This document shows positions 1-9,561 of a stretch of DNA of 64,000 nt, one piece after another. The DNA is from an uncultured Rhodospirillaceae bacterium. Its GTDB lineage: Bacteria; Pseudomonadota; Alphaproteobacteria; UBA8366; GCA-2717185. The notes under the pieces were generated by a model. That model saw only the letters and a list, made by a program, of their open reading frames with translations, was not told the DNA's origin and made no database searches. How positions within the stretch are numbered: position 1 is the stretch's first letter; every line of letters starts with the position of its first letter. Where the stretch lies: NCBI GenBank assembly GCA_964474755.1, contig CAYYUG010000008.1:13360-77359 (forward strand). Reading direction: 5' to 3'. Made by a program: the position numbers and the translations under genes.

Positions 1-217
1 CCCTACGGCACCTGATCAGCGGTCAGCCGAAAAACGAACCGATTGATCATGCCGATACTAAAAAGCCATTCACCCAGACCAATTACTATTGCTGCGACCT
101 CCATTGCTTTACCTGGCCGCATAGAGGCCTGCGCTTTACTGGTCCGTGAGGTGCGCTGAGAAATAGCAGAAATCATAACCTATCGCTAAAGTGCATCTAA
201 CAGAGAGGGAAAAGACG

Positions 218-1762
218 ATGCCCGCGACAAAAGACGCCCCGAATATTCTGGTGATACAGCTCGACCAGATGACGCCCGGCGCACTGCCTCCCTACGGGCA
301 CCCGCTGGTAAAGGCTCCGCATATCGCTGGCCTGGCGGCCGATGGGGTGGTTTTCGAAAACGCTTACTGTAATTTTCCGCTCTGCGTGCCGTCGCGTATG
401 TCGATGCTGGCGGGCCGATACACAAGTGCGATCAGACAATGGGACAACGCGGTCGAACTTCCAGCTGCCGTCCCCACATTAGCACACTACCTTCGTTCAG
501 CAGACTATCACACCGTACTGTGCGGCAAGATGCATTTCATCGGGCCCGATCAGATGCACGGCTTTAACGAACGCATTACCACAGACATATACCCAGCTAA
601 TTTCGCTTGGACGCCAGATTGGGTCATCGGCGAGCGCTATCGGCCAACCGGTATCAACCCACGGGCCGTCATTGAGGCAGGGGTCTGCGCGCGGTCGCTA
701 CAAATCGATTTTGACGACGAAGTCGAACATGCAGGTATCCAGAAAATCTACGACCTGGCCCGCTTCAACAAGGGTTCGCCCTTTCTTCTCTGGGTATCCT
801 TCACACATCCCCATTCGCCCTTCGTCACAACTCAAAAATACTGGGATTTATACGACCACGACGAAATCGATATGCCAAAGGTCGACCCGATCTCAATCGA
901 AGACCAGGATGCGATGAGCCGCATGCTGCATTACGGGCATGCGCAGGATTTACTTACTATCACCGACGACCATGTCCGCAACGCACGGCACGCCTATTAC
1001 GGAATGACTTCCTACATGGACGACAAGGTCGGCCGCATCCTGGCCGCACTAGGCGAAATGGATTTAGCGGAAAATACCGTCGTCGTGCTAACCGCCGATC
1101 ATGGCGAAATGCTCGGCGAGCGAGGCGGCTGGTTTAAACAGTATTTCTACGAGCCGTCAATCGGCGTCCCACTGATTGTCCGCGCTCCAGGCCGCTTCAA
1201 GCCGGGCCGTGTCTCTGAACTAGTTTCATTGGTCGATCTGCTTCCGACCTTCATGAATATCGCCTCCAACGGCGACGCCCCGGAGCCGGCTTCGCCGCTC
1301 GACGGTCATTCCTTGACCAGGCTTCTTGGTGACGGCGACCCCGACTGGGACAACAAGGTCATCTCCGAATATACCGGTGAGGGCGTCTCTGCGCCCTGTC
1401 GCATGGTTCGGCGCGACCATTACAAATACATCTACACGCATGGGCAACCGCCACTGCTTTATGATCTACGTTTTGATCCTCTGGAGCTCGAAAACCTATC
1501 GGGCCATCCAGACGTATCCGATGTCGAGGCGTCGCTAGCGATGGAACTTATGGACAATTACGACCCAGAGGTGGTTAACAAAGCCTGCATTCAAAGCCAA
1601 AAAGAGCGTCGTTTCATCACCGAAGCGACAGATGGCAGACCATCCTGGGCCTATGTCGCCCGCATTGGCGATGACCTGCGTTATGTCCGCAACGCAAGCG
1701 CGACTGCCGCAAAGGGTGCGGCCCGCTATCCTTTCATCGAGCCCACACCCTTCGAGCGCTAA
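218..1762 (+). CDS. betC: Choline-sulfatase-type sulfatase (formylglycine-dependent, alkaline phosphatase superfamily)
   Basis: ORF 191..1762. An internal ATG at 218 lies 7 nt after GAGAGGGA. The sulfatase signature C-x-P-S-R is present (FPLCVPSRMSMLAGRY). Blocks GKMHFIGPDQMHGF, VSFTHPHSPF, LTADHGEMLGERG and YDLRFDPLELENL resemble BetC choline sulfatases. Confidence 0.8.
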   Translation: MPATKDAPNILVIQLDQMTPGALPPYGHPLVKAPHIAGLAADGVVFENAYCNFPLCVPSRMSMLAGRYTSAIRQWDNAVELPAAVPTLAHYLRSADYHTVLCGKMHFIGPDQMHGFNERITTDIYPANFAWTPDWVIGERYRPTGINPRAVIEAGVCARSLQIDFDDEVEHAGIQKIYDLARFNKGSPFLLWVSFTHPHSPFVTTQKYWDLYDHDEIDMPKVDPISIEDQDAMSRMLHYGHAQDLLTITDDHVRNARHAYYGMTSYMDDKVGRILAALGEMDLAENTVVVLTADHGEMLGERGGWFKQYFYEPSIGVPLIVRAPGRFKPGRVSELVSLVDLLPTFMNIASNGDAPEPASPLDGHSLTRLLGDGDPDWDNKVISEYTGEGVSAPCRMVRRDHYKYIYTHGQPPLLYDLRFDPLELENLSGHPDVSDVEASLAMELMDNYDPEVVNKACIQSQKERRFITEATDGRPSWAYVARIGDDLRYVRNASATAAKGAARYPFIEPTPFER

Positions 1763-1771
1763 GCTAAAACA

Positions 1772-2893
1772 ATGTCCGACACGAAAAGACCCCTTCGCCT
1801 TTATCTACCAGGCCCGGTAACCACCGACCCGCGGACACGGGCGGCAATGGCCCGCGATTGGGGTGTATGGGATTTGGAGTTCCGGGCACTGACCTCAGAA
1901 GTCAGGGCATATCTGTTGACCCTCGCTGGCGGCGTGGACACTCACGGCTGCGTGCTGCTTCAAGGGAGTGGCTCTTTCGGCGTCGAGGCGATGGTACAAA
2001 CTTTTCTGCCGCGCGACGGCCGTCTGCTGATCCCTGTCAACGGCAAGTACGGCGAACGTGTGGTGTCAATCTGCAATAAATCCGATCGACGCCACACCGT
2101 TTTATCCGTCCCTCAGGACACCTCAGTCGATCCGGCAGCCATCGAGCGTCAACTCGCCGACGACGCCTCAATCAGTCACGTCTTGCTAGTGCATTGCGAA
2201 ACGAGTAGCGGCTCGCTAAATCCGCTCGAGGAGATCGCCCGCATCACCGCCGCTCAGGGTCGCAAACTCTTAATCGACGCGGTCAGTACCTTCGGCGCAT
2301 TTGACCTGAATGCCAAGCGACTTGACTACGAGGCAGTCGCGACGTCGCCAAATAAATGCCTCGAAGGGGTGCCTGGCTGCGCCATCGTTTTCGCCCCTAA
2401 GGAAGCCTTGCAGGCCTCGCTTGGCAATGCCCAATCGCATAGCCTTGATCTTGCAGATCAGTGGCAGCAGTTCGAGGAAACCGGACAGTGGCGCTTTACC
2501 CCGCCAACATTCGTCATCGCCGCCCTGGCCGAAGCCCTGCGCCTACACAAAGCCGAAGGTGGTAACATTGCCCGGCTCGCGCGCTACCGCGCCAATCACA
2601 AAGCACTGGCAGAAGCAATGGAGGGCCAAGGCTTCGTGCCCCTCATGGCCCGCACCAAACAGGCACCCGTGGTAATCAGCTACCGCAATCCAGCCGACCC
2701 TAATTTCGAATTCATAAATTTTTACACCAGTCTGCGCGACCGTGGCTTCATGATCTATCCTGGCCACTTGACAGATATACCGACCTTCCGTGTCGCCTGC
2801 ATCGGTGCGTTGCAGCCGCAAGACATGCGCGACGTGTCCACCGCCATCGGCGAGGTTTGCCATGAGATGGGCGTCACGGATTTTGCGCCATAA
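1772..2893 (+). CDS. phnW: PhnW-like class V aminotransferase (2-aminoethylphosphonate:pyruvate transaminase family)
   Basis: 373-aa ORF starting 9 nt after the betC stop. The N-terminal block LYLPGPVTTDPRTRAAMARDWGVWDLEF, LLQGSGSFGVEAM, VHCETSSGSLNP and the PLP-lysine block SPNKCLEGVPGC match the PhnW branch of class V aminotransferases. Confidence 0.65.
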   Translation: MSDTKRPLRLYLPGPVTTDPRTRAAMARDWGVWDLEFRALTSEVRAYLLTLAGGVDTHGCVLLQGSGSFGVEAMVQTFLPRDGRLLIPVNGKYGERVVSICNKSDRRHTVLSVPQDTSVDPAAIERQLADDASISHVLLVHCETSSGSLNPLEEIARITAAQGRKLLIDAVSTFGAFDLNAKRLDYEAVATSPNKCLEGVPGCAIVFAPKEALQASLGNAQSHSLDLADQWQQFEETGQWRFTPPTFVIAALAEALRLHKAEGGNIARLARYRANHKALAEAMEGQGFVPLMARTKQAPVVISYRNPADPNFEFINFYTSLRDRGFMIYPGHLTDIPTFRVACIGALQPQDMRDVSTAIGEVCHEMGVTDFAP

Positions 2894-2954
2894 TATTCCA
2901 ATCTTGACCTGATCTAAGGGCGATGGTTCGGCTCGTAACAATGAAACGACAAAA

Positions 2955-5048
2955 ATGAATGTTGAACAGCGACTGAAGGTAGCCGTCGATATCGGTGGCA
3001 CGTTCACCGATGTCATGGCTGTGCTCGGAGACACGGTCGCGGCGGCAAAAGTCCTGTCGACACCAGAGGACCTCAGCGTCGGTGTCATGTCTGGCATCGA
3101 CGCGGCGGTATCCCAGCTTGGCACCCAGGTCGCGGACATTTCCTTTTTAGTACATGCCACGACGGCGGCGACCAATGCGTTACTGGAGCGGCGGGGTGCA
3201 CGAGTAGGATTAATCGTCACCGATGGCTTCGGTGACATTCTGGAAATTGGGCGCCAGCGGCGCTTCGATCCCTATGATCTGCAACGCCCAAAGCTTACAC
3301 CGCTCGTGCCACGCAAGCAGGTATCGGAGGTGTCCGAACGACTGGATGCTGACGGAAATGTTCTTATCGCGCTTGATGAGACCGCGATCCTCTCGGCCTT
3401 TGATCATCTGTGCAAACAGGGTGTCGAGGCCTTAGCAGTATCATTTCTTCACGCTTACCAAGACCCACTTCACGAAAAGCGTGTGCTGGAAATGGCCACG
3501 CCAGATCTGATCGGTCCCAACACATCGATCTTCGCATCTCACCAGATCGCACCAGAGGCCCGAGAGTTCGAGCGGACCAGCACCACAGTTATCGCCGCCT
3601 ACCTGGCACCCGTGGTTAGCCGCTATCTCCAAGCGCTCGCGGTGCGTTTGTCGGATCGAGGGGCCCCGCAACGCTATTGGGTCATGAAGTCAAGCGGCGG
3701 TCTATTCGATTCCGATTCCGCCAGCGCCCACCCGGAAGAACTAGTGGAATCCGGACCCGCCGCGGGCGTCATCGGCGCCGCATCGGTGGCTCGGGAACTC
3801 GCAATCCCCGACATCATTTCCTTCGATATGGGCGGGACCACAGCCAAGGCCTCTCTGATTAGCGGTGGCGTGCCGGCGATGAACTTTGAGTACGAAGTGG
3901 GCGGTGCAGCGCATGCCGGTGGATTTCTGCAAAAGGGGACTGGATATCCTTTACGGGTTCCCGTGATTGATTTAGCCGAAGTGGGAACGGGCGGCGGCAG
4001 CATCGCGTGGATAGACGAAGGCGGCGCTCTGAGGGTCGGGCCGCGAAGCGCTGGCGCATCGCCTGGTCCGGTGTGTTATGGCCGCGGCGGCACGGAGCCC
4101 ACGGTTACGGATGCTGACCTTGTTCTGGGCTATCTCGATGAAGTGGGGTCCGGGCAGTATCTCGGGCAGATGTCTCTAGACGCGGCCCGCGATGCAATTA
4201 GGAAGCGCGTGGCCGAGCCCCTGGGCATCTCGATAGAAGCAGCCGCGCACGGAATTTTTGACCTTGCCAACGCACAGATGTCGGATGCTGTCCGGCTCGT
4301 TTCGGTCGCCCGGGGAGTGGATCCTAGAGAGCTGACGCTGGTCGCGTTCGGGGGCGCAGGCCCGGTTCATGCTTGGGCCATCGCACAACAGTTGCTTATC
4401 GGCACCGTCCTGATCCCGCCCTACCCCGGCGTTTATTCCGCGTTTGGTCTGCTGGGCGCCGATTTTCGTGTCGACAAGAGCCGCGGCGTGAGAATTGCGC
4501 TCTCAGCTACGACGTCCAGCACCGATTTGTCGCGTGAATTTGATACTCTGGAGGCGCAAGCCACGCAGGAAATAAACGCTCAAGGGCATGACACCAACAT
4601 GATCGAAACCCAGTACACCGCCGACATGCGGTACCAGGGACAATCCTACGAGGTAAACGTCGTTCTGCCTTTCCAAACTCCGGTCGATCCGGCGCAAGCG
4701 CAGGTTGCATTTCACGACGAACATACTCGCCTGTACGGACACGCCAATGACGGCGAGCCGGTAGAGGTCATCACTGTACGCGTCAGTGTGTGTATTACGG
4801 GTGTCCCACCAAATTTGTTGGGGGACACACCGGGGGCCGCTTCGTCGTCGCGTCAATCTCGAGACCTAATTTTTGACGGTGTCATGCTATCGACGCCCGT
4901 ATATTCACGGAGTGACATGAGCGCAACCATCAACGGCCCAGCTGCCATTGAGCAGTCCGATACCACCGTCATCATACCACCCAACGGAAGAGTTACACTG
5001 CTTGGTAACGGTTGTCTGCGGTTGGAACTGAAAGGACCGTCAAGATGA
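2955..5048 (+). CDS. Hydantoinase/oxoprolinase family protein, A subunit (HyuA-like)
   Basis: 697-aa ORF. It has the N-terminal ASKHA-type ATPase motif VAVDIGGTFTDV and a second phosphate motif SFDMGGTTAK. Length and order are typical of N-methylhydantoinase A / acetophenone carboxylase-type proteins. Its stop overlaps the next start (ATGA at 5045..5048). Confidence 0.85.
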   Translation: MNVEQRLKVAVDIGGTFTDVMAVLGDTVAAAKVLSTPEDLSVGVMSGIDAAVSQLGTQVADISFLVHATTAATNALLERRGARVGLIVTDGFGDILEIGRQRRFDPYDLQRPKLTPLVPRKQVSEVSERLDADGNVLIALDETAILSAFDHLCKQGVEALAVSFLHAYQDPLHEKRVLEMATPDLIGPNTSIFASHQIAPEAREFERTSTTVIAAYLAPVVSRYLQALAVRLSDRGAPQRYWVMKSSGGLFDSDSASAHPEELVESGPAAGVIGAASVARELAIPDIISFDMGGTTAKASLISGGVPAMNFEYEVGGAAHAGGFLQKGTGYPLRVPVIDLAEVGTGGGSIAWIDEGGALRVGPRSAGASPGPVCYGRGGTEPTVTDADLVLGYLDEVGSGQYLGQMSLDAARDAIRKRVAEPLGISIEAAAHGIFDLANAQMSDAVRLVSVARGVDPRELTLVAFGGAGPVHAWAIAQQLLIGTVLIPPYPGVYSAFGLLGADFRVDKSRGVRIALSATTSSTDLSREFDTLEAQATQEINAQGHDTNMIETQYTADMRYQGQSYEVNVVLPFQTPVDPAQAQVAFHDEHTRLYGHANDGEPVEVITVRVSVCITGVPPNLLGDTPGAASSSRQSRDLIFDGVMLSTPVYSRSDMSATINGPAAIEQSDTTVIIPPNGRVTLLGNGCLRLELKGPSR

Positions 5049-6703
5049 CGACGCACATCGACCCCGTCACGATGCAGGTGGTCGGCAACTACTGCCGGAC
5101 AGTGACCAACGAAGTGGAGGTGGCAATGATCCGAGCCGCCTACTCTCCAGTCACAAAGGAGGCGTTCGACTGTTCGGCCGGAATTATCGATCCGTCGAGC
5201 GAGTTCTGGGCCCTGGCAGATGCCATTCCGGTACAGTGTTCGGTGCTGGCCACCGTCCATCGCGCCATGCTTGAAAATTATGACCGGCCGCTTGAGCCCG
5301 GAGACATCCTGTTCACCAATGACCCTTGGTCCGGTTGCCCGCATCTGAACGACTTCGTGTCCATCGCCCCAGTCTTTGCGAATAATGAAATTATCGCCTA
5401 CATCGGAACGCTGATGCATCAGACAGATGTCGGCGGCAAGACGCCTGGCAGTATGCCAGCCGATGCCACGGAAATTTTTCAGGAGGGTTTCCGGGTGCCG
5501 GTACAACGATTGTTCACTCGGGACGGCTTCAATGAAGCGGTATTGAACATTCTGTTGGCGAATTCGCGCACCCCCACCAGTTTTCGGGGCGACCTGTCAG
5601 CTCAGGTAGCGGGTACGCGTCTCGGAATCCGGCGGATGCAGGAAGCAGTCGAACGCTTTGGTAAAGAGCAGTTCGTCAGCCACGCACGCGCTTATGTCGA
5701 CTACAGCGAGCGGCGCGTGCGCGACCAATTGCGGCAATTGCGATCAGGTACCTACAGTGCGGAACGCCGCGTCGACGGACCTGACTACGATAGCGAGGAC
5801 CAAGGCATCACCGTGAGGGTAGACGTCGTCATCGATGAGGGACAGGTGAACGTAGACTTCTCGCGATCCAGTGATCAGGTTCCACGACCGCTGAATTGCG
5901 TTCTGTCCAATGCCATTGCTCCAAGTCTGGTCGCTTTGCGCTGCATACTTGACAGTGACGTCCCCATGAATGGCGGGCTCCAGCGCGCGCTATCAGTAAG
6001 CTGTAGGCCGGGATCTATTCTCAATCCCGTGCTGCCGGCCCCAGTGGGAGCACGCGCCGTCGTCGCGTCCTTAGCCTATGACTGTGTTCTCGAATGTCTC
6101 GGTCAGGCGGCGCCCAAACAGGCCTGCGCGACGTCAAGCGGTGGCACCACTATGCCCTTTATCTGGGCCCCACAGACGATGCCCGGCGTGGAGCCGCGAA
6201 TCTTGGTGGACAATTCTCTCACCGGCGGAACCGGGGCCCGATCCGACACGGACGGCATGGATGCCGTGGACAATACGGTCACCAACGCGATGAACTATCC
6301 GGCGGAAATGCTAGAACAGGAGTATCCAGCCATAGTCGAGCGGCACGAACTCCGTGATGGTTCAGGCGGCGCAGGGCAATTTCATGGCGGATTGGGCTTG
6401 CGCCGCGTGCTGCGATTTCTCGCCCCAGGCAGCCTCGCGCTCCGAGGGCATCGCCATCAATTTCCGCCTCCAGGATTTGCCGGCGGCGAGGCTGGTGCAC
6501 CATCACGGTTCTCGCTCGAGCGCGACGGCGTCGCGAAACCCGTCTCGCCGCAATCCTCAGCAATTTCTACTGAGATTGGCGACCGCCTCATCGCGGAGAC
6601 GCCGGGCGGCGGCGGCTTTGGTCCCGTTGCCGAGAGAGGAGAGGAGAGCGTCGCGTCATCGCGGCCAAACGATGCGGTTTCGACTAAGCCAAGGGACAAC
6701 TAA
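5045..6703 (+). CDS. Hydantoinase B/oxoprolinase family protein (HyuB-like)
   Basis: ORF 5012..6703. The ATG at 5045 is translationally coupled to hyuA (ATGA). The N-terminus MTTHIDPVTMQVVGNYCRTVTNEVEVAMIRAAYSPVTKEAFDCSAGI and later NDPWSGCPHLND are typical of hydantoinase B proteins. Confidence 0.85.
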   Translation: MTTHIDPVTMQVVGNYCRTVTNEVEVAMIRAAYSPVTKEAFDCSAGIIDPSSEFWALADAIPVQCSVLATVHRAMLENYDRPLEPGDILFTNDPWSGCPHLNDFVSIAPVFANNEIIAYIGTLMHQTDVGGKTPGSMPADATEIFQEGFRVPVQRLFTRDGFNEAVLNILLANSRTPTSFRGDLSAQVAGTRLGIRRMQEAVERFGKEQFVSHARAYVDYSERRVRDQLRQLRSGTYSAERRVDGPDYDSEDQGITVRVDVVIDEGQVNVDFSRSSDQVPRPLNCVLSNAIAPSLVALRCILDSDVPMNGGLQRALSVSCRPGSILNPVLPAPVGARAVVASLAYDCVLECLGQAAPKQACATSSGGTTMPFIWAPQTMPGVEPRILVDNSLTGGTGARSDTDGMDAVDNTVTNAMNYPAEMLEQEYPAIVERHELRDGSGGAGQFHGGLGLRRVLRFLAPGSLALRGHRHQFPPPGFAGGEAGAPSRFSLERDGVAKPVSPQSSAISTEIGDRLIAETPGGGGFGPVAERGEESVASSRPNDAVSTKPRDN

Positions 6704-6727
6704 TTAACGGCTTGCTTAGACACCGCT

Positions 6728-6898
6728 TTCATAATCTATCCAAACCATCTGACTGATATCCCAATCTTTAGTGCCGCCTGTATCGGTGCCCTCTAGCCAC
6801 AAGAATTGTGTGAATTCGTTCGGGCAATCGAGAGGTATTATTATGAGTTAGTTGTCACAGACTTTGCACCCTTGGAGCCAGAGGACGCCATCGCCTAA
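6728..6898 (+). pseudogene. 3' relic of a second, diverged PhnW-like aminotransferase gene (last ~56 codons, in-frame TAG at 6794..6796)
   Basis: It translates as FIIYPNHLTDIPIFSAACIGAL*PQELCEFVRAIERYYYELVVTDFAPLEPEDAIA*. This aligns codon for codon with the C-terminus of the intact gene at 2749..2893 (FMIYPGHLTDIPTFRVACIGALQPQDMRDVSTAIGEVCHEMGVTDFAP*). My hand count is 94/144 identical nucleotides. The TAG corresponds to CAG in the intact copy. Confidence 0.7.
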
Positions 6899-6907
6899 GC
6901 TAACACC

Positions 6908-8518
6908 ATGCCAGAAACAAACGCTCAAACCTACGATTTCATCGTTGTCGGCGCTGGATCGGCCGGGGCTGCCGTCGCACATCGCCTATCAACGAATCCA
7001 AAGCACAAGGTGCTGCTTCTGGAGGCCGGGCCTGCGAGCCATCGCTGGTCGCGCATCCCAGCCGGCTACGCTAAGCTGCTGCACAATCCAAATGCAAATT
7101 GGTGCTATCAGTCAGAACCGATTCCCAATGCGAACGGTCGCTCGATCTATGTGCCGCGCGGCAAAATGCTCGGCGGGTCAAGCTCGATAAATGGCACAGC
7201 ATTCGTGCGTGGCCAGGCGCAGGACTATGACACTTGGGCGCAGATGGGTAATCGGGGCTGGAGCTATCGCGAAGTCCTGCCCTGCTTCAAGCGCATGGAA
7301 AGCTATGAAAGTGGCGGCGACGACGAATTTCGCGGCCGCGACGGGCCACTGCGTGTGACCGACCCGGACGCTAGCGATCCTCTGATGGCGACCATCATCA
7401 AGGCCGCTAGCGAGGTCGGCATCCCTCATAATCCGGACTACAATGGCGTACGGCAGGACGGTATCGCCATGAGCCAGGCAACCATCGCGGACGGGCGGCG
7501 GATGAGTACAGCGCATTGCTACCTGACACCGATCCGCAATCGCCCTAATCTACACATTGTCACCGACGCCCTGACAGAACGGATCCTTCTCGAAGGTACG
7601 CGTTGCATTGGCGTGCGCTATTCCGTCGGCGGTAAAACGCAGGAAGCCATGTCGGGACGCGATGTTGTGATCAGCGCCGGCTCAGTCAATTCACCGCAAC
7701 TTCTCGAATTGTCGGGCATCGGCCAGCCAAACCTATTGCAAGAGTTCGGCATCGAGGTCCAGCGCGCACTGCCGGGGGTCGGCGAGAATTTGCGCGATCA
7801 CTTCGCACCGCGCACGCGCTGGGCAATCAAGGCCAAAGGCTACACTTACAACGACCGCGGTCGTGGGCTCGGTCTCGTAAATCAGGTGCTGCGGTATCTG
7901 ACAACCGGCAAGGGGATGCTGGGTTCTGTCGCTGCTCCACTGCGCGCCTTCGTCCGCTCACGCGAGGGTTTGGAAGCACCGGACCTTCTACTTGGTTGGG
8001 TTCCGATGCTCACGTTGCCGGGCCCTAAGATATCCAAACAATCCGGTATGACCTGCTACGCTCACCCCATGCGCCCTGAAAGTACCGGCAATATCCACAT
8101 CAAGGCGGCTGATCCAAGGCAGGCACCGGCGATCAATTTCAACTTCTTGACGGCGCCCGTCGACGCCGAATTGACTATCAAGGCAGTGCGCATCGCCCGA
8201 TCGATTATGACCGCCCCCGCGATGGCGCCACTGCAGGTTGAGGAACTTTCGCCCGGATCGGAATTGCAGGCAGATGATGAAATCCTCAATTGGATCAAGG
8301 CTGCAGCGGAGACGACATACCACCCCGTCGGCACCTGCAAGATGGGCCAGGACGACCGCGCCGTTGTCGACGAGAGGCTTCGGGTGAAAGGCACGATGGG
8401 TTTGCGTATCGCAGACGCTTCCATCATGCCGACACTTATCTCCGGCAACACGAATGCACCCTCGATCATGATCGGCGAAAAAGCGGCCGAAATGGTGCTG
8501 GAAGACGCCGCAAACTGA
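6908..8518 (+). CDS. GMC family FAD-dependent oxidoreductase (choline/alcohol dehydrogenase-like)
   Basis: 536-aa ORF. It has the N-terminal FAD fold YDFIVVGAGSAGAAVAHRLS, the GMC block GKMLGGSSSINGTAFVRG and the C-terminal active-site region TTYHPVGTCKMG...DASIMP. Confidence 0.85.
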   Translation: MPETNAQTYDFIVVGAGSAGAAVAHRLSTNPKHKVLLLEAGPASHRWSRIPAGYAKLLHNPNANWCYQSEPIPNANGRSIYVPRGKMLGGSSSINGTAFVRGQAQDYDTWAQMGNRGWSYREVLPCFKRMESYESGGDDEFRGRDGPLRVTDPDASDPLMATIIKAASEVGIPHNPDYNGVRQDGIAMSQATIADGRRMSTAHCYLTPIRNRPNLHIVTDALTERILLEGTRCIGVRYSVGGKTQEAMSGRDVVISAGSVNSPQLLELSGIGQPNLLQEFGIEVQRALPGVGENLRDHFAPRTRWAIKAKGYTYNDRGRGLGLVNQVLRYLTTGKGMLGSVAAPLRAFVRSREGLEAPDLLLGWVPMLTLPGPKISKQSGMTCYAHPMRPESTGNIHIKAADPRQAPAINFNFLTAPVDAELTIKAVRIARSIMTAPAMAPLQVEELSPGSELQADDEILNWIKAAAETTYHPVGTCKMGQDDRAVVDERLRVKGTMGLRIADASIMPTLISGNTNAPSIMIGEKAAEMVLEDAAN

Positions 8519-8535
8519 TCCGAAAGACCTGACGC

Positions 8536-9558
8536 ATGACCTACAACCTCTTTATCATGATATCCGGCGAGGATCACATTGCCCGATTTTCGATGGACCC
8601 TGATTCCGGCGCGCTCGATCCTCGCGAAAATATCGCCCTGCCAGGCGGCCCGGCACCGGTCGCGATCTCACCGGACCGACAGTTCATGTATGTAGCGCAG
8701 CGCGCTGCGAACAAGCTTACCAGCTTCCGTATCAGCGCCACGGACGGCAGCCTGGCACCACTCGGAACGATCCCACTCCGCTCCGACCCCTGCTATCTGG
8801 CGATGGACCAGACCGGCCAGTTTCTGCTGGGTGCATACTATCTGGCAGAGAAGGCATCAGTGCATCGTATCGGCGCGAATGGTGCGGCGCTTGACCCGCC
8901 GGTCGAGTGGCGTACAACCGGCCGTGGAGCGCATTGCCTGCAGACTGATCGTTCCAACCGGTTCGCCTTTGTACCTCATATCGAAGGTAACGGTGCACCG
9001 AATGCAATTTTCCAGTTCCGGTTTAACCCGGAGACCGGACAGCTGGACCCGAATGTGCCAGACCGGTTCGCCACCTCAGAGATGCTCGGCCCACGGCACT
9101 TCTGCTTCCATCCTGCACTGGACATGGTCTATGTCTCGAACGAACAGGGCTGTAGCGTCAGCGTCCTCAACTTCGATCCCATCGCTGGAACCCTTTCGCA
9201 CCGGCAAACACTGACCACACTGCCGGCGGAATGGGACGGTGCCAATAAATGTTCACAGATCCGCATGACGCAGGATGGGCGTTTTCTCTACGCCCCCAAC
9301 CGGGGCCATGACAGCATCGCTTGCTTCACCGTCGACAAAGCCAACGGCTTGCTGACCGAGAATGGGCATGTCGCCGCGGAACCGGTACCCCGCGCCTTCG
9401 ATATCGACCCGGGTGGACATTTTTTGCTATCCGCCGGTTTAGAGTCGGGGCGTCTTACTGTTTATCGCATCGACGGCAACAATGGTGGTCTGGAGCGCGT
9501 CACGACGCACGAGGTCGGCGCAAGACCAATGTGGGTGACAATTTTACCAGCAAGCTGA
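8536..9558 (+). CDS. Lactonase family protein (7-bladed beta-propeller, 6-phosphogluconolactonase-like)
   Basis: 340-aa ORF with a recurring blade motif (SPDRQFMYVAQ, DQTGQFLLGAYY, HPALDMVYVSNEQGCSVSVLNFD, TQDGRFLYAPNRGHDSIACFTVD, DPGGHFLLSAGLESGRLTVYRID). It lies 17 nt downstream of the GMC gene. Confidence 0.75.
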   Translation: MTYNLFIMISGEDHIARFSMDPDSGALDPRENIALPGGPAPVAISPDRQFMYVAQRAANKLTSFRISATDGSLAPLGTIPLRSDPCYLAMDQTGQFLLGAYYLAEKASVHRIGANGAALDPPVEWRTTGRGAHCLQTDRSNRFAFVPHIEGNGAPNAIFQFRFNPETGQLDPNVPDRFATSEMLGPRHFCFHPALDMVYVSNEQGCSVSVLNFDPIAGTLSHRQTLTTLPAEWDGANKCSQIRMTQDGRFLYAPNRGHDSIACFTVDKANGLLTENGHVAAEPVPRAFDIDPGGHFLLSAGLESGRLTVYRIDGNNGGLERVTTHEVGARPMWVTILPAS

Positions 9559-9561
9559 CAG

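Noticed and set aside
3-176. 57-codon minus-strand ORF (MISAISQRTSRTSKAQASMRPGKAMEVAAIVIGLGEWLFSIGMINRFVFRLTADQVP) divergent from betC
   Set aside because: It has one hydrophobic stretch, but I could identify no clear RBS. It lies at the window edge with unknown context, so there is not enough support to call a gene.
2543-3238. Long antisense ORFs opposite confident genes (for example 2543..3238, 4853..5506, 8062..8577, 9737..10336, 22203..22805, 23725..24267, 25513..26007, 28302..28850, 37433..37936, 47904..48410, 49166..49663, 50068..50667, 51602..52132, 60668..61195, 61788..62279)
   Set aside because: Each lies fully within a gene on the other strand that has clear family motifs. Their translations are Arg/Ser/Pro/Ala-rich shadow frames, as expected in GC-rich coding DNA.
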